DNA of 59,341 bases, taken from positions 1 to 59,341 of IMG/VR virus record IMGVR_UViG_3300038334_000010; one strand, given 5' to 3'. Below, in pieces: positions 1 through 8,014 of the stretch (its first letter is position 1; each line of letters begins with the position of its first letter). The notes below the pieces were generated by a model. It was not told the origin of the DNA and ran no database searches. It saw nothing but the letters and a program-made list of their open reading frames with translations. Made by a program: the position numbers and the translations under genes. The DNA is from a virus. Taxonomy: Duplodnaviria > Caudoviricetes.

Positions 1-97
1 TTGGCCGGATCGTTGGCGTAGGTGCAGGCGATCCAGCGCCCAACGGCGTCGTGTTCGCCGCGCCAGCTTTTCGGATTGGCCGGATCGTTGGCGTAGG
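1..97. repeat. 97-nt terminal direct repeat (assembly overlap), identical to 59245..59341
   Basis: Base-by-base identity of both ends; the same 97-mer also occurs at 53766..53862. Confidence 0.9.
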
Positions 98-374
98 TGC
101 TGGCGATCACGTTGCCATCGGCGTCGTGTTCGTCGCGCCAGCTATTCGGATGCGCCGGATCGTTGGCGTAGGTGCGGGCGATCACTCGCCCATCGGCGTC
201 GTGTTCGTAGCGCCAGCTTTCCGGATTCGCCGGATCGTTGGCGTAGGTGCGGGCGATCCAGCGCCCAACGGCGTCGTGTTCGTAGCGGTAGCTATTCGGA
301 TGCGCCGGATCGTTGGCGTAGGTGCGGGCGATCCAGCGCCCAACGGCGTCGTGTTCGTAGCGGTAGTAGCTCAT
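1..374 (-). CDS. YD/RHS-like 25-aa tandem-repeat protein, array A, 5' part (continues across the contig junction to 58845; 257 aa and 10 units if joined on the 97-nt overlap)
   Basis: GAGGAG RBS then ATG at 374: [34 protein letters not shown]...; 75-bp period; in frame with ORF 58845..59129 after removing the terminal overlap. Confidence 0.8.
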   Translation of the reverse strand, partial: MSYYRYEHDAVGRWIARTYANDPAHPNSYRYEHDAVGRWIARTYANDPANPESWRYEHDADGRVIARTYANDPAHPNSWRDEHDADGNVIASTYANDPANPKSWRGEHDAVGRWIACTYANDPA

Positions 375-388
375 GTCAATCTCCTCGT

Positions 389-414
389 TAGCGTGTGCAG
401 GCCGGGCGCTACGC
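389..414 (-). repeat. 26-bp boundary element GCGTAGCGCCCGGCCTGCACACRCTA, copy 1 of 5
   Basis: Near-identical copies at 40794..40819(+), 40928..40953(+), 53571..53596(-), 58825..58850(-). Confidence 0.9.
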
Positions 415-554
415 CGGCTACCCCTACTCGCGTTGGGCAGTGCCTACATGTGACGTTGGCTCCGGCAGGGGTGGCGCGAGCAACGTCCCGGACATCACAT
501 GCAAGTACGTGGCTCTGCGTTGTGCGACTTCTCACGCCGCTGCACACGAGACAC

Positions 555-584
555 AGCCTACACCCGTATTTATTGCCTTGTCAA
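555..584 (-). promoter_or_regulatory. sigma70-type promoter driving array A, the single-unit gene and ssb
   Basis: TTGACA (584-579), 18-nt spacer, TAGGCT (560-555); conserved in the inverted copy at 40675..40704. Confidence 0.7.
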
Positions 585-601
585 TAGGTATGTGCTAAAT
601 T
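573..601 (+). promoter_or_regulatory. Divergent overlapping sigma70 promoter for the Cro-like gene
   Basis: TTGCCT-N17-TAAATT with TGn extended -10; TATTG-N6-CAATA palindrome (571-586) overlaps both -35 boxes. Confidence 0.6.
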
Positions 602-632
602 AGCAGCACAACCGTGAAAAAGGCTGCGTGCA

Positions 633-920
633 ATGCAACTACTGGACTACATCAAAAACGCTGAGAACAAGTCAGCGCTTGCATTATCTGTGGGTGTGTC
701 CAAGGGATACTTGTGGCAGATCGCTACCGGCTGGGTCAACGGCAAGGGCTACAAGCAAAAAGCAGCACCTACACTGGCTGTGGCCATCGAGCGTAGCACT
801 GGCGGTATCGTATCATGCGAGGAAACAAGACCCGACCTTGAATGGGTACGTGGGACTACTACAGGCGATCCAATTGCGTATGAAGTCAAGATCGACAGCG
901 GTTCAATATACCCTAGATAA
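633..920 (+). CDS. Cro/YdaS-like HTH regulator
   Basis: KSALALSVGVSKGYLWQIATG...LAVAIERSTGGIVSCEETRPDL pattern. Confidence 0.8.
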   Translation: MQLLDYIKNAENKSALALSVGVSKGYLWQIATGWVNGKGYKQKAAPTLAVAIERSTGGIVSCEETRPDLEWVRGTTTGDPIAYEVKIDSGSIYPR

Positions 921-986
921 CAGGTTTTTTGTTCTTAACTCTGCGCGATAGTGATATGATCCTGTAACACGGCGTGGAGTGTACCA

Positions 987-1412
987 ATGAACAAGTGCAA
1001 GCTGTTTACATTCGTTGGCATAGTTAGCTATGGCGGCGCTGTTATAGCTCAGGCAACATCGGCAAGCGCTGGGCCATCATGGGAAGTCATAGCCGGAGCA
1101 TCACTCGGGCTACTATCAACACTCCTTGGCGTTTCGGCAATGACGTGGACAGCATCAATGTCCAGCAGGATCAAGTTGCTTGAGACTGCGCACAACGAAC
1201 AAAGTAATTATATCCGTGATAATTACGTTAAAGAACCTATTATTTCCAGAGAGTGGATAGAACTTCGGCAGAAAATGGATCAGCTTGCTACTCAAATAAG
1301 CACGATTGATAGAAACATGACTACTTCAATGGCTGTTTTAGAATCACAGATGGGAACGCTTCTTGCCAACTCAAAAAAGGAAAATGGCGATGCAAGACGA
1401 CGTGGGGAGTGA
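987..1412 (+). CDS. Hypothetical membrane protein with coiled-coil C-terminus
   Basis: GGAG RBS; N-terminal hydrophobic segments; heptad-like tail. Confidence 0.65.
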   Translation: MNKCKLFTFVGIVSYGGAVIAQATSASAGPSWEVIAGASLGLLSTLLGVSAMTWTASMSSRIKLLETAHNEQSNYIRDNYVKEPIISREWIELRQKMDQLATQISTIDRNMTTSMAVLESQMGTLLANSKKENGDARRRGE

Positions 1413-1755
1413 CAAAGAATACGTCGCAAGGAGCGCTAGACAGACACTTATGGACATGAACAGGCTGATGGGCATCCAGCCAAATACTACAACCCAAGAC
1501 GTAAAAGTACACATAAGCGCTAACAGCGCTGGTGTATTCATATGCACACTGTGCTGCGCATTGGTTGTTGGTATATCCATCGGCGGTACAGCAATAATTT
1601 TGCGACAGGGTCAAGAAATATCCGATGCTCGCCATGAGCGCGCTGAGCTTCGGAAAGAAATATCTGGTCTCAATGATTATCTTTCTGTTATTTACCAGCA
1701 GCTTCCTTCGCTGAAGAAGATGGAGAAGAACGATGAGCAAGATACCGCAGACTAA
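1384..1755 (+). CDS. Hypothetical single-pass membrane protein
   Basis: AAGGA RBS; hydrophobic stretch GVFICTLCCALVVGISIGGTAIIL then coiled coil; overlaps the upstream stop. Confidence 0.6.
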   Translation: MAMQDDVGSDKEYVARSARQTLMDMNRLMGIQPNTTTQDVKVHISANSAGVFICTLCCALVVGISIGGTAIILRQGQEISDARHERAELRKEISGLNDYLSVIYQQLPSLKKMEKNDEQDTAD

Positions 1756-2114
1756 CTCACGCATCATCATCATCACGCCAGTACCTGACGCTTCAGCGAC
1801 GTTACCCAGCGTAACGCAGAAGACCGAAAGCTATTCAGTCATGCTGCACGAACTGGCTGACCGAATCGCCGCAGGCGAGAACATTCAGGTTGACGTTCTG
1901 CACCGTTAAGCAGCGCACTGCATCACCGACACGGCGCAGGCCAGATCGCACACGCGCTCTGCTAGCGGACGTAGCTCAGGGCGCTCTTGCGCTTCGCGCA
2001 GGAGTTCAATGATCGCCAATTCGCAGGCAGCAACCGCCGTCGCCTTCTGCAAGATGGCGGCCTGTAGGAGTGCGGCTTCGTTAGCGGTAACAGCGCGCAT
2101 TAGCGATTTGCCTA

Positions 2115-2143
2115 TTGACGGTTTGCCAATGTTAGCATAAGTT
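2115..2143 (+). promoter_or_regulatory. Putative sigma70 promoter of the replication operon
   Basis: TTGACG-N17-TAAGTT; contains GTTAGCA, the motif iterated inside the initiator gene. Confidence 0.45.
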
Positions 2144-2172
2144 AGGTTCCCGAAACAACACTAGGGGCTAAC

Positions 2173-3054
2173 ATGAGTGGGTACACCAAGCTGTTTTCGA
2201 GCATCACGGAATCAACCGTTTGGCAAGCTCCAGACACGACAAGGCTGGTATGGATAACGATGCTGGCGATGGCCGATCAGAACGGCGAGGTATCGGCGTC
2301 AGTGCCAGGGTTGGCAGACAGGGCAAGGGTATCGATAGACGCGTGCGTTGAGGCGCTGGCGCTCTTTGCGGCCCCTGACGAGTGGAGCAGGACGAAGGAT
2401 TACGACGGTAGGCGGATCGTCGAATGTGATGGCGGCTGGTTGTTGCTGAATCACGCGAAGTACCGTGAGGCGAGGAGCAAGGATGCGCGCCGTGAGTATC
2501 AGCGAAACTTGATGAGAGAAAGGCGCAGGAAAGAGAAGGAATGCGCGTTAGCAAATGTTAGCAAAAGTGAGCAAAGTGAGCCGGGGTTAGCCAAAGCAGA
2601 AGCAGAAGCAGAAGCAGTAGATCAAAAGCTATTGGATAAGCTGGCGCTAACCAATGACGGGGAGGAGGACAAAAATGCAGCGGGAAAGACGCTGCGCAAG
2701 CGAAACTCAACCGGTGATGACCCGCTTTGCGACCTCGTGAGAAATATCTACGACGCAACCTTGCCCAAGTGCAGGGCAGCAGGATCACTCACACCAAAGC
2801 GCAAAAAACGCATCCACGAAGCCGACAAGATGGCCAAGGACTTCTGCAAGAGCCACGGTTGGGACTACGTTCCAGCAGAGTTCTGGGAGAACTACTTCGG
2901 CGAGTGTCTTGGCGATCCGTGGCTCAGTGGCGACACTGTGAACCCGAACAATTCAGGGTGGAAGCAGAACATCGACCTGTTGCTGGACGAAAAGCGGTTC
3001 ACCCAGATCATGGACGGGGCAGTCACCAAGATGAGGGGGAAATCTCATGGGTGA
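2173..3054 (+). CDS. Phage replication initiation protein
   Basis: N-terminal YTKLFSSITESTVW...LVWITMLAMADQNG winged-helix type, basic helix, AEAEAEA linker; directly upstream of DnaB. Confidence 0.75.
   Translation: MSGYTKLFSSITESTVWQAPDTTRLVWITMLAMADQNGEVSASVPGLADRARVSIDACVEALALFAAPDEWSRTKDYDGRRIVECDGGWLLLNHAKYREARSKDARREYQRNLMRERRRKEKECALANVSKSEQSEPGLAKAEAEAEAVDQKLLDKLALTNDGEEDKNAAGKTLRKRNSTGDDPLCDLVRNIYDATLPKCRAAGSLTPKRKKRIHEADKMAKDFCKSHGWDYVPAEFWENYFGECLGDPWLSGDTVNPNNSGWKQNIDLLLDEKRFTQIMDGAVTKMRGKSHG
2547..2620 (+). repeat. Putative origin iterons inside the initiator gene
   Basis: GT(T/G)AGC(A/C) at 2547, 2557, 2567, 2576, 2586 followed by GCAGAA repeats. Confidence 0.55.
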
Positions 3055-4441
3055 TATGCCACTCAGGGCGCCTCCAAGCGCCATAGAAGCCGAGCAAGCC
3101 GTTCTTGGGGCATTGATGCTCGACATCGCCAAACTGCCCGAATTGGCCGATTGGCTAAGCCACAGGGACTTCTACCGGCGTGACCACGAGCTGATCTACC
3201 GCGCCATCTGCCATTTGGCATCGAAGTCGCTGCCGACCGACGCGGTAACCATCGCCGACTGGCTGGATGCGAACAAACTTGGCGAGCAGGCGGGAGGAAT
3301 GTCGTACCTGACCGAACTGGCATCGACCACCCCTTCGGCGGCAAACGTGTTGGCTTATGCCGAAATTGTCCACGAGAAGTCCAAGCTACGCCAGGCGATT
3401 GAGGCTGGTTGTGGGCTTGTGGATGCCGCATTCGACCCGCAGGGCCAGTCTGCCGGCGACATCCTCGCCCAAGCGCAATACCGGATCAACGCGCTCGCTC
3501 CGTCAAGGCGCTCTGGGCTTCAGGCCGCAAAGCCGATTCTCGTGGAGTGGATTGCCGACCTTCAGGCGCGCTATGAGGGAAAGAAACTTCCGGGGCTACC
3601 GTATCCGTGGAAGGATCTGAACGATGCTACTGGCGGGCTTCTCACCGAAGAACTGACGATAATCGCAGGTCGGTCGAACATGGGCAAGAGTACGCTGGCA
3701 TTCCAGATCGCCGCGTTCACTGCGCTCAGGGGGAACAGGGTCGCAGTGTTTTCGCTCGAATCCAGCAAAAAGGCCGTGATGCAGCGCATGGTTGCTGCTT
3801 TGGGCGAGATACCGAACCGCTGGCTACGGCAACCTGACGACGAGCACGACTACTGGCCGATGGTGACAAGCGCCATTTCGCAGTTGAAGGATTGTCCGTT
3901 GTGGATTGACGATACGGCTCGCCTTGAACCAATGCAGATTCGTGCCAGAGCCATGCGAGAGCATCTTCGCCAACCGATAAAACTGGTTGTCATTGACCAC
4001 CTTCAGGAGGTCAAACTGACCGGAAAGCGCAACGAATCGAGCGAGATGGGCGATGCCGTGCGAGAGTTCAAGGCACTGCAAAAGGAGCTTGGCTGCCCGA
4101 TTATCGTGCTGTCACAGCTAAATCGTGATGCCGCAAAGGACGGCCAACGGCCAGCCATGACGCACCTTAAATCAAGTGGCGGTATCGAGGAGGTGGCAGA
4201 CGTAGTTATCCTCTTGCACCGCTGGGACTACTACAAGCCGAACGACCGTCCAGGGCTGATTGAAGCCATCATTGGCAAGGGGAGAGACATAAAGACCGGA
4301 GACATAATCCCGCTCAAGAATCGGTTTGACATCATGCGCGCAGACGATTGGGATGGCCCAGTACCATCTGCTGAAACAGCACCAGCTGGTTCCGGGTTTA
4401 GTGCTAGAAAGTGGGGACGGGACTTGCAAGCATCCGATTGA
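3047..4441 (+). CDS. dnaB: Replicative DNA helicase
   Basis: EAEQAVLGALM N-terminus, Walker A AGRSNMGKS, VVIDHLQ, LSQLNR, SGGIEEVAD. Confidence 0.95.
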   Translation: MGDMPLRAPPSAIEAEQAVLGALMLDIAKLPELADWLSHRDFYRRDHELIYRAICHLASKSLPTDAVTIADWLDANKLGEQAGGMSYLTELASTTPSAANVLAYAEIVHEKSKLRQAIEAGCGLVDAAFDPQGQSAGDILAQAQYRINALAPSRRSGLQAAKPILVEWIADLQARYEGKKLPGLPYPWKDLNDATGGLLTEELTIIAGRSNMGKSTLAFQIAAFTALRGNRVAVFSLESSKKAVMQRMVAALGEIPNRWLRQPDDEHDYWPMVTSAISQLKDCPLWIDDTARLEPMQIRARAMREHLRQPIKLVVIDHLQEVKLTGKRNESSEMGDAVREFKALQKELGCPIIVLSQLNRDAAKDGQRPAMTHLKSSGGIEEVADVVILLHRWDYYKPNDRPGLIEAIIGKGRDIKTGDIIPLKNRFDIMRADDWDGPVPSAETAPAGSGFSARKWGRDLQASD

Positions 4442-4479
4442 CAGCGTAGTCTCATCAAAAGCAAATCCACGGGGTAGCT

Positions 4480-4842
4480 ATGTTCAAGAGAATTGTAGCC
4501 ATGTGTTTGCGCCACCGTGAGTGGATTGCGATAGTAATCGCAAGCGGACTGTTGATTCTCGCGTTCAAGATAATCCCAACGCTGGATGCACGAAGCGGGA
4601 TTGACGGGTTTGGCGATCTGTACTTCGCGCTCATGATGGTGGTAAAGGGGCTTCTAGCTGTCTCGCTCGCTTGGGCCTGTAAGGCACATTTCTGGTATGA
4701 GATTGAGAACGGCGACGAGTATCGATGTGCGCGATTGATCGAAGATGATGTGTCATGGGGCGCGTTAGTGACCATCGCAATTGATCGTCTTTCATGGGTT
4801 GCATGGCTAGGCTGGTGGTCATGGGTCATCTTCCAGCACTGA
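4480..4842 (+). CDS. Putative holin
   Basis: About three hydrophobic segments; immediately upstream of the endolysin. Confidence 0.55.
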   Translation: MFKRIVAMCLRHREWIAIVIASGLLILAFKIIPTLDARSGIDGFGDLYFALMMVVKGLLAVSLAWACKAHFWYEIENGDEYRCARLIEDDVSWGALVTIAIDRLSWVAWLGWWSWVIFQH

Positions 4843-5504
4843 TTCTCATGATGGCATGGTGCGGGCCTGTTGTGGGCTACGAACCACCGACGCCAGCGAT
4901 CACTGAAGCTGGTGCTGAACTGATAATCCAGTTCGAGATTGGGTCGAGGCGGACGTACGAAACGAGATACCTGCACCCGATATGCCCAGCGTGTAACGGA
5001 ACCGCTTCAGGGCCGACGTGGGGGATTGGCTACGACGCTGGACACCAACCGGCTAGAGTAATTCGTGAGGACTGGGCCTTCCACCAAGACGTTGACCAAA
5101 TGGCTTCAGCGTCTGGATTTACTGGCAGATCAGCAATTCCAGTTGTAGCCTCAATGCAAAACATTACGGTGCATTGGCCTGATGCATTAGTGGTATTCCG
5201 TGGCTCAACGGTTATCAAATACCGATCCATCGCAAGGCGAGCATTTGGTGAGAAGTTTGATTTGCTGCCGCCATTTACTCAGGATTCGCTGGTATCACTG
5301 GTATACAATCGCGGGGCTAGTAAAACTGGTCGATCACGGCTCGAAATAGCCATCATCGCCGATACCTGCGTTCCAGCGCTAGATGTTGAGTGCATCGCAA
5401 AGAACCTTGAGGCTATGGAGCGCATTTGGAAAAACAGCAGCATCGAGGTTGGCATGAAAAGGCGGCGTTATGCCGAGGCAGAATTGGCAAGGAGAGGTCT
5501 GTGA
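4821..5504 (+). CDS. Endolysin (lysozyme-like muramidase) with hydrophobic N-terminus
   Basis: LIIQFE...GPTWGIGYDAG, LVSLVYNRG, RRRYAEAEL motifs; start could be 4794, 4821 or 4848. Confidence 0.8.
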   Translation: MGHLPALILMMAWCGPVVGYEPPTPAITEAGAELIIQFEIGSRRTYETRYLHPICPACNGTASGPTWGIGYDAGHQPARVIREDWAFHQDVDQMASASGFTGRSAIPVVASMQNITVHWPDALVVFRGSTVIKYRSIARRAFGEKFDLLPPFTQDSLVSLVYNRGASKTGRSRLEIAIIADTCVPALDVECIAKNLEAMERIWKNSSIEVGMKRRRYAEAELARRGL

Positions 5505-6130
5505 ATCCCGCTTTGATTTTGAAACTTGGCCCGTATATTCTCATTGCAGTTCTTTTGATGGCAGTGTTCGCAAGTGAGTCTGGGCGCAAAGGCGCGCTGG
5601 CTGAGCGTGACGTATGGAAGGAAAGGTCAGAGACACGCGCTCGAATAATCAAAGATTTTGAAAAAGTATCGGAAACCCTGACAGCGCAGCGCGACTCGGC
5701 AATCACTCGTATCAATGAACTGGCAGACAAGGCGGCGATTGCTGCCATCGAAGGTAAAAAAACTACCGACGCGCTTGAGCGGGCAAAATCTGAGAGGAAT
5801 AAACTGCAAGCACAACTCGAATTAAACCGGAGGACTGCAAATGCCACAGACAAACAATGTTCCACATGGAGCGTTCATCCTGTTTGCGGGCCTGTTTCTG
5901 ACAGCTTGCGCGACCAGTGGGAAGCCACTCGCCGGGCCACCGGAGCCTCCGGCGGTAATCGAAACGACCCGGTTGGTGTACGTGGAGATACCGCCACGCC
6001 TGACGATTCCAACACCGCTACAGGAAGCGCCAGCGCCAGCCGATATGGTGAGCCAGGGCTGTTCGACTGGATGCTACACACAAGACCAGTTGCAGGGTAT
6101 GCTATCAACTGCGCTGTCGGCACTAGCTGA
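5501..6130 (+). CDS. i-spanin (Rz-like)
   Basis: GTG overlapping the endolysin stop; N-terminal TM then long coiled coil. Confidence 0.75.
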   Translation: MNPALILKLGPYILIAVLLMAVFASESGRKGALAERDVWKERSETRARIIKDFEKVSETLTAQRDSAITRINELADKAAIAAIEGKKTTDALERAKSERNKLQAQLELNRRTANATDKQCSTWSVHPVCGPVSDSLRDQWEATRRATGASGGNRNDPVGVRGDTATPDDSNTATGSASASRYGEPGLFDWMLHTRPVAGYAINCAVGTS

Positions 6131-6194
6131 CGCATACGATAGATTGGCAAAAATTGGCGCTCTCTCAGGAGCACTTGTAGACAAGGATAATTGA
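5841..6194 (+). CDS. o-spanin (Rz1-like lipoprotein), overlapping in another frame
   Basis: Lipobox LFLTAC, Pro-rich mature region, overlapped arrangement with the i-spanin. Confidence 0.8.
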   Translation: MPQTNNVPHGAFILFAGLFLTACATSGKPLAGPPEPPAVIETTRLVYVEIPPRLTIPTPLQEAPAPADMVSQGCSTGCYTQDQLQGMLSTALSALADAYDRLAKIGALSGALVDKDN

Positions 6195-6195
6195 T

Positions 6196-6489
6196 ATGGC
6201 TCTCACCGAGGCACAGAAAGAAGAAATCCGGCGAAACCGCGCAATCGCTGCTGGAAAACCGCCGCCGCAGCCAGAAAAACCAAAAAGCATCCTTGATCGT
6301 GCCGCAGAAACCGCGAAGCGCCTGTTCAATCGACCTACGCCTGCCGTTGACCGCCTCGCTGCGCCGCCTGACAATTTCGTGACGCGGCGCAACAAAGAGT
6401 TTCAGGATCGTAGTAACGACCTGCGCAATAAACAGATCGACGATATTTCGGCAGGCAATCCGGCGCGTAAGCCGCGTATCGTGAAGTAG
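6196..6489 (+). CDS. Hypothetical protein
   Basis: AAGGA RBS; tight packing. Confidence 0.6.
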   Translation: MALTEAQKEEIRRNRAIAAGKPPPQPEKPKSILDRAAETAKRLFNRPTPAVDRLAAPPDNFVTRRNKEFQDRSNDLRNKQIDDISAGNPARKPRIVK

Positions 6490-6491
6490 AC

Positions 6492-6878
6492 ATGGCAAAT
6501 CAATTCACCGTATCCGCGCCAATCGTTTTGCCATTGCGGACGACATGGCAGGAAACGTGGGTATTTCTGACCTCAGTTGATGGGCCTCCGGTTGACCTTA
6601 CCGGCTACAAGGCTCGGATGCATGTTCGGGATCCAGATACGAACGCCTTGGTCATGGAATTGTCAACCGACAATGGGCGTCTTGCGATTCCAGCGCCGCT
6701 GACCGGAACAATCGATCTTGAGGTTGACGCTGCCGACGTTCTGGCCATGAGTTCGACGAACGTCCGGCGGAAGTTGCGGTTTGATGCAGAAGTGTACATC
6801 CCCGGCCCTCCCGAGTATGTCGTTCCGCTGTTCATCGGGGCCATTGTCCTTACTCCAAGGTGGACTCAACTGCCATGA
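6492..6878 (+). CDS. Hypothetical beta-rich virion-associated protein
   Basis: PVDLTGYKARMHVR motif typical of small phage structural adaptors. Confidence 0.6.
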   Translation: MANQFTVSAPIVLPLRTTWQETWVFLTSVDGPPVDLTGYKARMHVRDPDTNALVMELSTDNGRLAIPAPLTGTIDLEVDAADVLAMSSTNVRRKLRFDAEVYIPGPPEYVVPLFIGAIVLTPRWTQLP

Positions 6879-7060
6879 ATGATGCGAGATTCGAGGCTTT
6901 CAAAGGCAAAAATGGCGATTGGTATGTTCGCTTGAGGGCGCGTAATGGCAGGATTCTCGTCGTAAGCGAGGGGTATACGGGGAGAAAGGAAGCCATAAGG
7001 GCGAGCGCCACGATTCGGACAACTGCAATCGACGCGGTAATACTTGAAGTCAAGAAATAG
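6875..7060 (+). CDS. DUF1508/YegP-family protein
   Basis: FEAFKGKNGDWYVRLRARNGRILVVSEGY; ATGA overlap with the upstream gene. Confidence 0.8.
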   Translation: MNDARFEAFKGKNGDWYVRLRARNGRILVVSEGYTGRKEAIRASATIRTTAIDAVILEVKK

Positions 7061-7165
7061 AATGGATACCAGTCAGAAAATAAAAGTTTCAGTTTTTAGG
7101 CAATCGATCCCGGTTGTCATTGTGCTGCCTATGAAGGCGGTTTCCGCAATATTGGAGGGAAGGAA

Positions 7166-7384
7166 ATGATTCTTGCATTCTGTCTTGGCATCCTCAACGT
7201 AACGTGCTCAGTTCCCGTGGCCGAAGTCCCACTGACCGCTCAGCCCGTTCCGATCCAGCACGTCTTGTCGGTTGATCGCGTCGGCCAGACCACGGCCGTT
7301 ATTACCCTGAACGGTGCGACATTCGTTTCTCAGCCGACGGTAACAAAGGGCATCGTTGGTTCGTTTTCCTACTCCTGCTCCTGA
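7166..7384 (+). CDS. Hypothetical protein
   Basis: GGAGG RBS. Confidence 0.5.
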   Translation: MILAFCLGILNVTCSVPVAEVPLTAQPVPIQHVLSVDRVGQTTAVITLNGATFVSQPTVTKGIVGSFSYSCS

Positions 7385-7589
7385 TCCCGACACGCTGGCG
7401 CAACTAAAGGCGCTACGTGACAAGATCAAGGCAAAGCGTCTGTCGTTGAAAGGGCGCGCGCAAACACTGGTAGGCAAGGCGCAGGAATCGCAAGCCATCG
7501 TTGCCGAGATGGATTCTCTCATTGCCCAACAGGACGCGCTAATTGCAAAATTGGTGTAATCTACCGCCACCCACACCGAGGATACTTAA

Positions 7590-8009
7590 ATGGCTACTCT
7601 CCAATATGGCGTTGCTGCACGTGATGCACAGAATGACGCGCTTGAAACATCGATCGGCGCAGCACCATTGCTTCAAATATTCACAGGCGCCATGCCTGCA
7701 AATGCAGCCGCCGCTGATACAGGCACGAAGATCGTTGACTTTGCGCTTCCGTCTGACTGGCTGGCAGCATCTTCGGCTGGTGCAAAAACCAAACTCGGAA
7801 CGTGGGTTACGACCGGCCTAGCAGGCGCTGGCGCTGGCTCCAACGCCGGCTACTTCCGAATCAAAAATGCGGCCGGTACAGTAGTAGGTATTCAGGGCGA
7901 CATTACCGTTACCGGTGGTGGTGGCGCAATGACGTTGGACAATATCTCCATCGCCAATGGGCAGTCTGTCACGATCAATACCTTCACCGTTACTCGCAAC
8001 AACGCGTAG
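7590..8009 (+). CDS. Virion structural protein, paralog of 24160 and 24628
   Basis: GAGG RBS; IFTGAMPANA..AGYFRI..IQGDI pattern shared with IYSGTAPVTA..ASWWRL..IDGSI and LFAGTVPTTA..AAFFRF..LQGTV. Confidence 0.7.
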   Translation: MATLQYGVAARDAQNDALETSIGAAPLLQIFTGAMPANAAAADTGTKIVDFALPSDWLAASSAGAKTKLGTWVTTGLAGAGAGSNAGYFRIKNAAGTVVGIQGDITVTGGGGAMTLDNISIANGQSVTINTFTVTRNNA

Positions 8010-8014
8010 TAATC

